Counted from the whole stretch's first letter, positions 34,160 to 46,870 are shown. The stretch is 63,645 nucleotides of DNA, filler included, from Asterionella formosa (GCA_002256025.1; 20 parts of 20 records of this genome joined end to end with filler, not necessarily neighbours in it), one strand, 5' to 3'. Made by a program: numbers and translations. The notes: generated by a model from the letters alone, not told the origin.

Positions 34160-35808
34160 ATGTCTAAAGAGAGCATGAGGCTCATCAAGTTTGATGGCAA
34201 CGAAACGCACTGGTACCAGTGGAGCGTTAAAACGCTCGCTCTGGCGAAGGCAAGAGGATTCCGAACGATGTACTCCAAGAACCATAACCCGTGTTCTGAC
34301 GAAGAGTACGAAGTCGAGACAGACAAAGGAGTCAGGGCTATCTACGAGGCCAACGACAAGGCGTACCAGTTGCTCATCATGAGCTGCACCGGAATCGCCT
34401 TCGGACTTGTAAACCAAGCCAAAACGAAAACGTTGATCGATGGCGATGCATACATGGCGTGGAAGAACCTCGAAGCGAGCTATGCCCCCCATTCTGTGTC
34501 GGACCTGATACAGCTGGCAAGCGATTTCAACAAATGCAAGCTGAACGATAGCTCCTCTGATCCAGACGAATGGTTCATTGAGCTCGATCTAATACAAAGC
34601 AAGATGATGGCGATCGACCCGTCATTTGAGAAGAAAGAAATGGAAGTGATTGCGAACGTTATCGACAAGCTTCCAGTGGAGTACAGCAAGGTTGTTACAG
34701 TCGTCGAGGGCATGACAACAATCAGCCTCAATGAATTGAAAGGCAAGATCAGAGCATTCTACAAACGAAAGCTAAAGGGCACGAAGAGCACAAAGGAGAT
34801 CGCCCTATTCACGCAGAAATACAGAGGTATCTGCAAGAACTGCGGCAAACAAGGGCACAAGGCCGACGTGTGCCGATCGAAAACGAACACAAGCGGAACG
34901 AATGCAAACGGTACAAACGAAAAAAATGAGATAAAATGCTATAATTGCAATAAATATGTCGGGCATATTGCAAGAGACTGCCCGGAACCAAAACGCGCAC
35001 CACGCGGCGAGAAGAAAAAAGAAACCGGAATGTACGTCGGAATGTGCAAGGAGATTACTGATATGGAGGTGACGGATGATATCCCCGGTACCATGGACGT
35101 GACGCAGAAAGCTACCGAGACTCCTACTGAAGAACTCCTACGCGTGTATTTCGTCCCTACAATGGAAGACGAGTGGTACGAAGACCAATACTGCGCATCA
35201 AGCAACGGAACGGAGCGCTGGCTCGCGGACACTGGGGCTACCATGCACATCACTATGACTGACGAATACCTGACAAACGTCGAAAATGTCAACGTCTCGG
35301 TCGTTGTCGGTGACGGTGACGGTAAAGAGGTGGTATGCACGAAACGAGGTGATATTCTGATTACCAACAAGACGTGCTACATGTTACTACGCAAGGTACT
35401 CTACACTCCACACTTCCACAAGAATATCGTCAGCATCGGGCAATTTGTCAAGAACGGAGGGTGCGAGGCACGCATGAAGGGGTCTGACTTGAGTCTACAT
35501 AAGGAAGGGTACGACAACGAACTAACCTTTTCTTGTGAGGATCAAGGCGTCCTTTACTACTTCAAGGGAAAACGTACCCTACAGTCCGAAACGGTCTTAT
35601 CTATTCACGACTCGAAAACAAACCGTACACCTGATCCTACTCCAACGAATACCAAGACAGTGACGCAACTTCCTACAGCAAAAACTACCAAGAAACCAAC
35701 GCAAATTGACATCAACGAGGCCCACGACAAATACGGCCACATCAGCGAGGCATCCCTTCGCGCAACGCTAAAGTCCCTCGGTATTGAACCTACGGGCAAG
35801 ATTCAGTT
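34160..35808 (+). mobile_element. Ty1/copia gag-pol fragment: gag, two zinc knuckles, aspartic protease, start of pre-integrase region
   Basis: DPDEWF, CKNCGKQGHKADVC, CYNCNKYVGHIARDC, WLADTGAT.H, VLY.P.F.KNIVS and HDKYGH motifs; open across the contig. Confidence 0.93.
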
Positions 35809-35908
35809 NNNNNNNNNNNNNNNNNNNNNNNNNNNNNNNNNNNNNNNNNNNNTTAATTAATTAANNNNNNNNNNNNNNNNNNNNNNNNNNNNNNNNNNNN
35901 NNNNNNNN

Positions 35909-36565
35909 AATGGTCCGTTGCCTCAAACTTGCTTGGCGTGTGCGTGCACACACTGTCGACTTGTTTTCAATGGTATGTTGTTCTTGTATGCACTGTTGAA
36001 CTTGTCCGCATCTTTGTTACCATCAGTAGAGCGACGCAGACGAAGTGGGTCTCTTTATTGTTGTTTGCTCCTGGAAAAGTCGGTGTCCGTGTCATCCTCA
36101 TCAATAGAGAGACAAATTCTTTCGTTGGAAAAATTGGTACCCGTGGTATCATCATTCGCTCGTTGGAACCACTGTCCGTTGCCTCAAACCTGATTAGCGT
36201 GTGAGTACCGGTATGTGCACTGTCGACTTTAGTACATTACAGGCGGAGTGACTTCGCTACTAAATTGCGTGATATAATAATATACCCTGTAGCACGATGC
36301 AGAATACAGTTGCTTCCCAATCATCTCATCATGATTGATAAGATGATACTGTGATATCATGATAAGGTTACATCGATGCATACATCACCAAAGTATGATA
36401 CGTAATATTGAATAAAGTACATCACATAGCTATGATACATTGATCATAAAATTATGATGATTTTATAAAATGTTTATGATATAATTTCGATCAAAATATG
36501 ATCATGTAAAAATAGTACAATGACAATAAAATACGATAAAATATGTACGCAAGTGTTACCAAGAC
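35909..36565 (+). repeat. Non-coding interspersed repeat with internal subrepeat; second copy at 45157-45816 (minus)
   Basis: High similarity to the reverse complement of 45157-45816; tccgttgcctcaaac recurs about 260 bp apart. Confidence 0.9.
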
Positions 36566-37559
36566 TGTTGAATATGTGTAACGGACATGTCGGTAATGGT
36601 TACACCAATTACACCGATACTGACAGTGACCGCACCAACCATGCCAGCGTGCAAACTAACGAACAAGACTGGACTACAGTTGAATCAAGGCATTTCAGGA
36701 TTAGAAATAGAGTGTCTGGTACCAGCGAAACTGGCTCACTTTAATTTAATTATTTGGTTTTATAAACGATACCATCCCGGTGTGCTTTTATTGCCGGATT
36801 CGTTGTTTTATGGACACGAAGACATATTGAGAACATTGTGGTTTCAACATAATTAAATTAAAGTAAATAAGATGGACCAGGTGAAAACAGAAGGTGGGGA
36901 CGCCGCCACGAAGGTTGACAAGGATTTCGGCATTGATGCCAAGAAAAGAGGTCGCTTCAACTTCGGAAAGCAACAGGCATCCCGGACACCAGCCGCAACA
37001 AAATTCGAAGGCAAATGCAACGAATTAAGAGGAAATGTGTATGACTGCTCGGATATGAAGCAAGCAGACCTATTCGCAAAGAAGACGAAGGAGATTGCAG
37101 GTTTTGTAGGGCGCACCTACAAATACGGTGGTGACATACGATTGGTGGTTGAGAACCTAGAGATGGTCAGCATCACTACACCACCTAAGGATCCACCAAA
37201 GGATTCTACACGCACAGATGAACGAATTTGGGAGAAAGAAGTGGATGAGTTTGTAAAGAGGTCAACATACCTCAAAGAAAACATCAAGACACTATACTCC
37301 CTTGTATGGGGACAATGCACGGATATAATGCAGCAGAAGGTTGAGGCCACGGACATATTTGAAACAATGTCAATGGAAGGCAATGGTTTGACTCTCCTTA
37401 AAGTCATCAAGGACGTCAACTATAACTTCCAGAGCCAGAAATACCTGCCTCACTCCCTATACGAATCCAAACGCAGGTTCTATATGTGTGTCCAGGGACG
37501 AAACATGACGACACAGGTCTACCTAGAACACTTCCAGAACATGCTAGATGTTATTGATC
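36566..37559 (+). mobile_element. 5' end of a diatom copia (CoDi-type) LTR retrotransposon: LTR starting TGTTG at 36566, gag ORF from 36872
   Basis: Homology to the host repeat ends exactly before TGTTG; gag motifs KFEG....L.G.VYD, LYSLVWGQCT and LLK.IK; LTR 3' end uncertain (possibly CA at 36737-36738). Confidence 0.8.
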
Positions 37560-37660
37560 NNNNNNNNNNNNNNNNNNNNNNNNNNNNNNNNNNNNNNNNN
37601 NNNTTAATTAATTAANNNNNNNNNNNNNNNNNNNNNNNNNNNNNNNNNNNNNNNNNNNNT

Positions 37661-39310
37661 CATAGTGCGTTCGATAGAGATCATTCATTGAATAACGAAA
37701 GTAATCAATCTTGCGATCACTCTGTCGAGAGGGACAGCGAGCCACTTCCGAGGAGTGCGGCTGCTGCAAGCGATGCAGCATACTCCATTGGTAGTTATCG
37801 CTCTGACAAGAACGAGAATTCTGCCGATTCCTTCATCGGTCAAGATCAGAAGAGACCAGAAGGCACATCGGATCGCTCCATTGTCAGCTCGAGGAGCCAT
37901 TGTTCCGACGACATTTCGATCGACTCCAATGGTGCTCCATTGTCAAGGAGTCCCATGGTCACCACCGGTGATCGCTCGGTTTATAGTGGTCATAGTCATC
38001 GATCCGATGCGCGCTCATTTGACTCTCGTGGTGAATTGTTACCGAGGAGATCAGTTGACCCAGACGATCATTCCTATAGCCGCAGCAGCAGCTATCGATC
38101 AAATGAGCGCTCCTTGGATCCTTTCAACCAATCATTGCTCAGTAGACGAGACGACAGCGGTCATCATTCCTCCTATACAAGGAGCTACCTGTCAGGCAAC
38201 CATACTATGGATACCAATGGTTCACCACGGACGTTCCGATCAGACTCTGAGAATCGCTCTGATTATCGGACCGACCATAGTGGGGGAAATCGATCAAATG
38301 TATTGGACGCCTCCGTAGCTTTGACGGATGTTGCAAAGGACCGGGACTCCACAGGTTCTGTCAGATCCTCGAAATATTCTTCAAACAAAGAGTCATCGCC
38401 AGAAAGTAATGCCGGTTCTCGTCATAGTGCGTTCGATAGAGATCATTCATTGAATAACGAAAGTAATCAATCTTGCGATCACTCTGTCGAGAGGGACAGC
38501 GAGCCACTTCCGAGGAGTGCGGCTGCTGCAAGCGATGCAGCATACTCCATTGGTAGTTATCGCTCTGACAAGAACGAGAATTCTGCCGATTCCTTCATCG
38601 GTCAAGATCAGAAGAGACCAGAAGGCACATCGGATCGCTCCATTGTCAGCTCGAGGAGCCATTGTTCCGACGACCTTTCGATCGACTCCAATGGTGCTCC
38701 ATTGTCAAGGAGTCCCATGGTCACCACCGGTGATCGCTCGGTTTATAGTGGTCATAGTCATCGATCCGATGCGCGCTCATTGGACTCTCATGGTGAATTG
38801 TTACCGAGGAGATCAGTTGACCCAGACGATCATTCCTATAGCCGCAGCAGCAGCTATCGATCAAATGAGCGCTCCTTGGATCCTTTCAACCAATCATTGC
38901 CCAGTAGACGAGACGACAGCGGTCATCATTCCTCCTATACAAGGAGCTACCTGTCAGGCAACCATACTATGGATACCAATGGTTCACCACGGACGTTCCG
39001 ATCAGACTCTGAGAATCGCTCTGATTATCGGACCGACCATAGTGGGGGAAATCGATCAAATGTATTGGACGCCTCCGTAGCTTTGACGGATGTTGCAAAG
39101 GACCGGGACTCCACAGGTTCTGTCAGATCCTCGAAATATTCTTCAAACAAAGAGTCATCGCCAGAAAGTAATGCCGGTTCTCGTCATAGTGCGTTCGATA
39201 GAGATCATTCATTGAATAACGAAAGTAATCAATCTTGCGATCACTCTGTCGAGAGGGACAGCGAGCCACTTCCGAGGAGTGCGGCTGCTGCAAGCGATGC
39301 AGCATACTCC
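37661..39310 (+). repeat. 762-bp (254-aa) in-frame coding tandem repeat, at least 2.2 units, encoding an S/R/D/H-rich sequence; ORF open at both ends
   Basis: Units start at 37661, 38423 and 39185; I count 4 substitutions between units 1 and 2. Confidence 0.92.
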
Positions 39311-39410
39311 NNNNNNNNNNNNNNNNNNNNNNNNNNNNNNNNNNNNNNNNNNNNTTAATTAATTAANNNNNNNNNNNNNNNNNNNNNNNNNNNNNNNNNN
39401 NNNNNNNNNN

Positions 39411-40256
39411 ACATTTTCGACAATGAAGACAGAAGGCAAGAAGTTTGTATGAAAGATATCAGTGTGAATGCTATTGTTAAAGCAATGTCAGAACTTGTAC
39501 TGGAAAGTACAAAGTCGTCAATCTGTTCTTACCCTGTGCAAATTATGAAGTCCCCTCCTCGTCTGAGTGAGAATCCAGCCGAAGGGTCGCCAGCGAAAGT
39601 ATTCAAGCTTCAATGGCTGCCAACTGTCTCACTGCATCCCTACTATGCACCTGGAGACGGAATGGTACCTCAAGTGCTGAACTCGAAAGCAAGCTCTGTT
39701 TCTGTTGCTCCGAATGTCTATAGGGGGTCATCTTATGATAGTCCTATGCAAACTGATTACTGGGTGGATTACAGGCCAGCCAAGGAATGCCACATGCGAC
39801 GAGATTATTTATGGTTCCTACATTGCTACTTTTCTAGCAAATCATGGAAATCAAGAAAGATGGAGATTAAGGCCATGCTGGATTGTGTGGTTGCAAGAAA
39901 GGTTGCTCAATACATTTCCGACAATGAAGACAGAAGGCAAGAAGTTTGTATGAAAGATATCAGTGTGAATGCTATTGTTAAAGCAATGTCAGAACTTGTA
40001 CTGGAAAGTACAAAGTCGTCAATCTGTTCTTACCCTGTGCAAATTATGAAGTCCCCTCCTCGTCTGAGTGAGAATCCAGCCGAAGGGTCGCCAGCGAAAG
40101 TATTCAAGCTTCAATGGCTGCCAACTGTCTCACTGCATCCCTACTATGCACCTGGAGACGGAATGGTACCTTAAGTGAAAGCAAGAAAGGTTGCTCAATA
40201 CATTTCCGACAATGAAGACAGAAGGCAAGTGTGTATGAAAGATATCAGTGTGAATG
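39411..40256 (+). repeat. 501-bp (167-aa) tandem duplication within an unknown ORF; unit 2 is truncated by a stop plus deletion, then a partial third unit
   Basis: ATGAAAGATATCAGT at 39449, 39950 and about 40235; CAA becomes TAA at 40172. Confidence 0.85.
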
Positions 40257-41457
40257 TTTTTGTAAATGTATTGTCTGCACCAATTGAACTGAACAAAACT
40301 ACTGAATGAAGAACAAAAACTACCAATACAACAAAAACAACAACATGAAATTCTATCAAGTTCGGTTTGCTTGCTGTGAAATGTTTCCTTAGAAGACACA
40401 CTTGATCGTTCAAGTAACAACTGGTTTGGGACCCAGTAACCCCTACGGGGGTATCCCCTCGAGTTCAATTGTCTTCTTCTGGTCTCATCTCACAACAGGT
40501 AGACCATTCTAACAAACCAAATGAGGCGGCGAATTACAACAATTTATTATTATAGAGCTAAAGAGCTATGAAGCTTTTCTTTTCGTGGATGACTATTTTG
40601 TATTATAGCAGGAGGCATAACCTTTTTTCTGTTATGATATGACGATAACTTTGTCTTATAGAACAAGCTATAGAACGATTGGAGTTATTTCATTTTATCG
40701 GTATCGGTAGTCTTGAATTGCCTTTACTTAAAAGGAAAATTTGAAATCGAAAGCTGGCCTATCTCACCCAGCATGGCATGCAATGAATCATCGGGAATGA
40801 GTTGAAACTGAAAGGATGCGCATAAAACGTGCATTACCGGACCTTCCAGCCATGGGTCTTAGAATATTGAGAAGCCTCGAAACGCTTTGGGTGTACAATC
40901 GTACACCACGTAGTATGATGCTGACTCACAATACAAAGTTATATAAAATTTCTGTATAAATATGATATGTATTACACATTCTGTACTTACATATGATTCC
41001 AACAAATGTGCGATGAGAACACTCGACAGGGTGCACAATCGTACGCCAGGTAAGGCAGCANNNNNNNNNNNNNNNNNNNNNNNNNNNNNNNNNNNNNNNN
41101 NNNNTTAATTAATTAANNNNNNNNNNNNNNNNNNNNNNNNNNNNNNNNNNNNNNNNNNNNCTTTATGCATTAAAGTTGTGAAACCAGGATGAGTCAAAAA
41201 TAAGGATTCAATGTAATGGTCAATGCTAGACAAACTTCAATACACTCCTTCAACATTCATTACTTTGAGTATATTTCAAACATCTGTCGAAAAAAGAAGT
41301 ACCTGGAACCAATACTTCATTCGGTACAATTATTATCCCACTTTTCAAGTGTCCCAGTGGTTTTTGTCTGGGACGTCCTGGAAATGAGAACCTTAGCTGA
41401 CTTATGCTCAAATAAAAAGTGTACCTTCCCGGGCATCCCTGCTTATTATTTCTTATG

Positions 41458-42810
41458 TCAATGAGTCTCTATTCGTGGAAAGCGCTCTTGTATAAAAGCC
41501 GTGACTTTGTCAGCAGCTGAAGTATCGAGCGAGGACTTCTCATCGGCAAGTTCCTTCAATGTTTTTTGACGTAGGCTCAAGAGTTTGCTCTCTTCTTCAC
41601 GTACAAGGAGGTTGAAGTCCAAAACGTCAATATCATCATCGTTCATGAACCTTTTCACTAGATCACGACCTTTCGTTATAACACGACGACATTCCTCCAT
41701 TATCCAATTCCTTGCAATACCAATTGTTTGCTTAGGCGAAAAAGATGGAAATTCTTTCGGAAAATGTCGATAGAGGAAGTCCTTCAAATATTCGATGCCA
41801 ACGGCGACCCGTTTACGTAGTATTTGCGCACCTTGGCCCATCAACACTTCTTGCATCGACGACCCTGCAGCTCCAACATCTAGTTCATCAGGTGGCTGCA
41901 CATGCTCAAAGAGCTTGTTGATATCATCTAAACCTTTCACAAACTCATCATTCACAGACTTGATCTTGTCACTTTCAAAATGCGCAACTGTTGCATCATC
42001 GCTACTGAGTGCTGGATTTATTGAAATATCAGGTTTTGTAGCATTGATGCCAGTAGCTTCTTCGGGATTTGAAGACGATTGAGTAAGAAGGCCAGTATGT
42101 CTTCCCAGTAGCATTGATTGTAACACCTTCTCATCTGCCCCTTGTTTTCTTTTTCCCCAGATGCTAGTGTACCCATAAGATATTCCCTCCTCTTTTTCGA
42201 GATCAAGGGATATAATTTTGGTAGCCTCGACTTCATCAAAGACTTTCGGATTATTTTCGTCAGAAACAAAATTCTGCGGTTTGATTTCTGTTTGGTTGAT
42301 GACTTGAATGAGTTCATTCGATAATGTTGATTTCAAAAGCTCCAAACTCGATTGTGAAATGCCTTCATGGCAAGATGTCATTTTTTCGGCCAAGACTGGG
42401 GATTCTTGATTTAGTTCCAAGTTCGTAAAATGTGAATTATCTATTCTTGAAACGTTCCCTAATGGTAAAATTTCACCAGTTGTTACGTTTTGGATATGCT
42501 CGCAGTCTAGAATATCGGTATACTCGTCGCAACCTCTGCTGTCGTTTTGTGGTGACTCAATGTCCGCCCCTTTGCCTTTACTATCATACGCTTTCCCTGG
42601 AATCGAATCGATTTTGTCAATCGCATCAAAGTCAATGATGTTCGAGTCTTCTTGAATAGATTCGGATGTTTTACCAGGCAAAATTTCTGTTGAGAGCCAG
42701 TCGTGATTATCAACGTCTTCGAATGCAGAGGAAAAGGGATTGTTGATGTTTTCTTTCAGATCCACTTCTTCTGACACATTGCTTCTTTCATTGTTTTCAA
42801 GGTGACTGTG
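41458..42810 (-). CDS. Uncharacterised acidic protein, 5' end lost in the gap
   Basis: At least 439 aa of uninterrupted ORF with protein-like composition; no family recognised. Confidence 0.75.
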   Translation of the reverse strand, partial: HSHLENNERSNVSEEVDLKENINNPFSSAFEDVDNHDWLSTEILPGKTSESIQEDSNIIDFDAIDKIDSIPGKAYDSKGKGADIESPQNDSRGCDEYTDILDCEHIQNVTTGEILPLGNVSRIDNSHFTNLELNQESPVLAEKMTSCHEGISQSSLELLKSTLSNELIQVINQTEIKPQNFVSDENNPKVFDEVEATKIISLDLEKEEGISYGYTSIWGKRKQGADEKVLQSMLLGRHTGLLTQSSSNPEEATGINATKPDISINPALSSDDATVAHFESDKIKSVNDEFVKGLDDINKLFEHVQPPDELDVGAAGSSMQEVLMGQGAQILRKRVAVGIEYLKDFLYRHFPKEFPSFSPKQTIGIARNWIMEECRRVITKGRDLVKRFMNDDDIDVLDFNLLVREEESKLLSLRQKTLKELADEKSSLDTSAADKVTAFIQERFPRIETH

Positions 42811-42910
42811 NNNNNNNNNNNNNNNNNNNNNNNNNNNNNNNNNNNNNNNNNNNNTTAATTAATTAANNNNNNNNNNNNNNNNNNNNNNNNNNNNNNNNNN
42901 NNNNNNNNNN

Positions 42911-44560
42911 TATTTACTATGATCTCAACAGCATCCAAGATTGGTTGGTCAAGGCGACCGGTGCTCCTATGCCGACTTCGGTTGACAGCTGCGCCATTGC
43001 TGGCATGATTGACATGATACGTACTTCGGGATGCTTCGCTTTGAGTGCTCGTTTTGCGCTGCTTCTAGGCATGTCAGGAAGTACCATTTCTGCAAATGAT
43101 GATATTCCGTCATGGCCAGCTTTTGAGGAAGTCGGTACAGCTTTCGAGGTTGCACTTGAAGTATTCTGTGCGAAACACCTCATTTCACCTGCAATGATAG
43201 GCGACAGTGAGGATCTCCGCCAAGGTCTCACCCTTGAAGCGGCTCGAACAATCGAACCGGCATGGTACTACTCACATGAAGCCTTCACGGCCCTCATGAG
43301 GACTGATGTTGAAAGTGCGCAGGGTGGAACAACAGAATTTGTCCGATCGACAATCAATGCCTTCTTTGACAACGACCTGTTTCAGACAACAAAGTACTTC
43401 CTCGATAATGCCAAGGGTTCATTTGGTTTGTTCGTGTCGTGTTCCTTAGATGCCCATCGAAGCATATGTCTAGCAGCCCGAGGTCAAGCGATGTCGATTG
43501 CCTTTTATCCAAAAAAAGGGCTTATATGCTATGGTTCCGGTAAGAACGAATCTGCTGCATGATCATGTTGGCACTGACTTGAACGAAATTGATCTCATTT
43601 GACCATGTATTCAAACGCAGAGCAAGCGGCTGTTAAGGCTGGCATGAACTTTCAGGCACCCGGTGGACACGAGTGGACTCGTCCTATCTCTGGCGCATCA
43701 CACGACGACGAGACTCTGCGCCTTGATCTCGATGACCTTGGTGGGGAGGTTTGTCTAATTGATTGGGGACAGGACGAGGGGGAGGCTTTAGTAAGTGCTC
43801 CTAATAGACACCTTCAACAACACTTGGTACTTCGTGGAAGTGTCGTCCTAGTGCTACATCAAGAGAGCATTGCGGCTCCACACGGCAAGCTCTATAGCCG
43901 TATGACCTTACTCGAGGGTAATGAATTCGTGCAAGCTCTCCCAGAAATAGCCAAGGATTTGATTCTTTTCGACATACAGGATATTCCACGAGCATGCAAG
44001 GCGATTCAACAGAGCTGGGCCAATGTTGGACTCAATCGACTGACGGGCTGGAATCTTAGCCGCTGTCTCAAGGGTCGCTTGAACGATAGAATCAGCGGAA
44101 AGATCCCATCTCATGCTGGCACTGCTGATATACTGCTGACAGGGTGTGAAGTTTCCCTATGGTTGGCAGAACAATTTGCAAGTGACTTACAAAAGGTCTT
44201 CCCGCGACTGTTCATCAAGTCTGTAAGCAGCAACAAGCTTCTTGGAATGTTTGGTCAGGATATGGCCATCCCATCAGTAGGATACCCCATATCAACAAAC
44301 AATCCTGACCTGCATGATACCATAGTCATCATTGTTTCTCATAGCGGTGGAACATTCGCCCCTTTGGCCTGCTCCAATCTGTTGCAAGCATCGACGAAGA
44401 ACATCTTTGTTGTTACTAGCGAATGGGATACTCAGATTGGAAAACAGCTACGCAGCATGGCAGATGACAAGATGACTGCAAGCCATATCTTTTCCACAGA
44501 TATCGGATTGCGTCCAGCTGAGCCTTGTTCCATCAGTGTAGCAGCTACACAGCAGCTTTT
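42911..44560 (+). CDS. Internal fragment of a large GlmS-like protein (class-II glutamine-amidotransferase-like fold plus SIS-like domain); intron 43540-43620
   Basis: DS..IA, KGSFGL, LAARGQ and YGSEQAA (after splicing), then ILLTGCEVSLW.AEQF, IIVSHSGGT and FVVTSE SIS-type motifs. Confidence 0.65.
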
Positions 44561-45156
44561 NNNNNNNNNNNNNNNNNNNNNNNNNNNNNNNNNNNNNNNN
44601 NNNNTTAATTAATTAANNNNNNNNNNNNNNNNNNNNNNNNNNNNNNNNNNNNNNNNNNNNTGATCCTTTCCATGAAATCCATGAAATGCCATTTGGAAAG
44701 TTGTCAAAGGGCCAGAAGACAATTATGTTAAACAGTGGAAGGGAAACGCGGAGCTTTTTGCGGAGCTTATTGCAGCGCTTGTGGAGGTGGAACTGGTGTG
44801 ATGGTAACCGAGTGTAGTAATTGTTGAACAGAGCACAGTGTAATATGCATGTTCCGCCAGCGTAGTGTTTACACAATACACATGCTGGCACATATATAGC
44901 TAAAACAAGGAAAGACGACACAACAATGAACGTGATGGCTGGTTGTTGAGGATACCGGTATGTGATATGCATTAATCCATATCACAAATCATATTATAGT
45001 GATGTACATATCAACGCATCCGTATACTTAGATCCTATCCACTGTATAATACTATCATATTAACTGTTGACTTTAACTGTATACATTAAACGACAAAACG
45101 ACAAACATATATATTAATTAACATACTTTATGATTGCTTGATTTATATTCTATGAT

Positions 45157-45816
45157 GTCTTGGTAACACTTGCGTACATATTTTATTGTACTTTATTGTC
45201 ATTGTACTATTTTAACATAATCATATTTTGATCAAATTATATCATAAACATTTTAAGAAAACATCACAGTTCTATGATCAATGCATCATAGCTATGTGAT
45301 GCACTTTATTCATTATTACATATCATACTTTGGTGATGTATGCATCGATGTAACCCTATCATGCATGATATCACAGTATCATCTTATCAATCATGATGAG
45401 ATGATTGGGAAGCAACTGTATTCTGCATCGTGCTACAGGGTATATTATTATATCACGCAATTTAGTAGCTAACAAGTCACTCCGCCTGTAATGTACAAAA
45501 GTCGACAGTGCACATTGCACATACTCACACGCAATTCAGGTTTGAGGCAACCGACAGTGGTTCCAACGAGCGAATAATGATACCACGAGTTCCAATTTTT
45601 CCAGCGTAAGAACTTGTCTCTCTATTGATGAGGATGACACGGACACCGAGGACTTTTCCAGGAGCAAATAACAATAAAGAAACCCACTTGTCGCTCTATT
45701 GATGGTAACAAAGATGCGGACAAGTTCAACAGTGAATACAAGAACAACATACCATTGAAAGCAAGTCGACAGTGTGTGCACGCACACGCCAAGCAAGTTT
45801 GAGGCAACGGACCATT
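45157..45816 (-). repeat. Second, uninterrupted copy of the 35909-36565 repeat
   Basis: Reverse-complement alignment; continues past AAGAC without the LTR. Confidence 0.9.
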
Positions 45817-46407
45817 CCAACAAGCAAATGACGATACAGATATGAAATTCTTCCTACGAACAAACATCAATGAAAAGAGCCACTTGCTTTCGCTCTCTTG
45901 ATGGTATCAAAGATGTGGACAAGTTCAATAGTTAATTCAAGTACAGTATACCAAATGCAGAAACGAGTGAGCGATATGAAAATGAAATGTTCTAATCAGA
46001 ATCATTCTATAACTAGGCTATAGCTATGTGGACAGTAGTCTGTTACGCACATTTTCGTATCTCCTTCTATGCTGAATCTCAATAGTAGATGTAGTATCAT
46101 GTGAGAATTGAAAATGTCAACGAGAACAAGTAGAATGTGTTTGTTTGAATAATTATAAACAAAGGTTCGCTGCACATGACGATTACTCGAAGATATAATG
46201 ATCACTTGACCAAAAACATTGAAGATGTTTTCGCAAACATTCATTCCGCTTGTCATCGCTAGTATTTCGTTGTTGTTGCAAAAATCGGAGTGATGACGGA
46301 TGGAAATNNNNNNNNNNNNNNNNNNNNNNNNNNNNNNNNNNNNNNNNNNNNTTAATTAATTAANNNNNNNNNNNNNNNNNNNNNNNNNNNNNNNNNNNNN
46401 NNNNNNN

Positions 46408-46870
46408 AGTCGGAGTAGTAAACTAGCAACAGAACACCATATGTTCAGGACTGTTGCTACTGCAGTGGGACAGTAAATCATCATAGTTTTAGGATCGTAT
46501 GATCGTAAAACTAAAAACCAAAAGAACACCATATGTTCATGACTGTTGCAATTACAGTGGGACAGTAAATCATCATAATTTTAGGATTGTATGATCGTAA
46601 AACTAAAAACCAAAAGAACACCATATTTTCAGTACTGTTGCTACTACAGTGGGACAGTAAATCATCATAGTTTAAGGATCGTATAATCGTAAAACTAAAA
46701 ATCAATAGAACACCATATAATCAGCACTGTTGCTACTGCAGTGTGATAGTAAACCATCATAGTTTTAGGATTGTATGATTGTGAAACTGAAAAGCGGTAG
46801 TCGGAGTAATAAGCAAGCAATAGAACACCATATGTCTATGACTGCTGCTACTGCAGCGGGACAGTAAATG
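46408..46870 (+). repeat. 92-bp tandem array with a 391-bp higher-order period
   Basis: gaacaccatat at 46432, 46524, 46616, 46708 and 46823; agtcggagta leader at 46408 and 46799. Confidence 0.92.

Noticed and set aside
39780..39965. Faint resemblance of the 167-aa repeat to a Fanzor/TnpB bridge region
   Set aside because: No RuvC II/III or zinc-ribbon motifs; similarity too weak
46408..46870. CRISPR-like regular repeats
   Set aside because: Whole units are similar with no unique spacers; no cas genes; eukaryotic context
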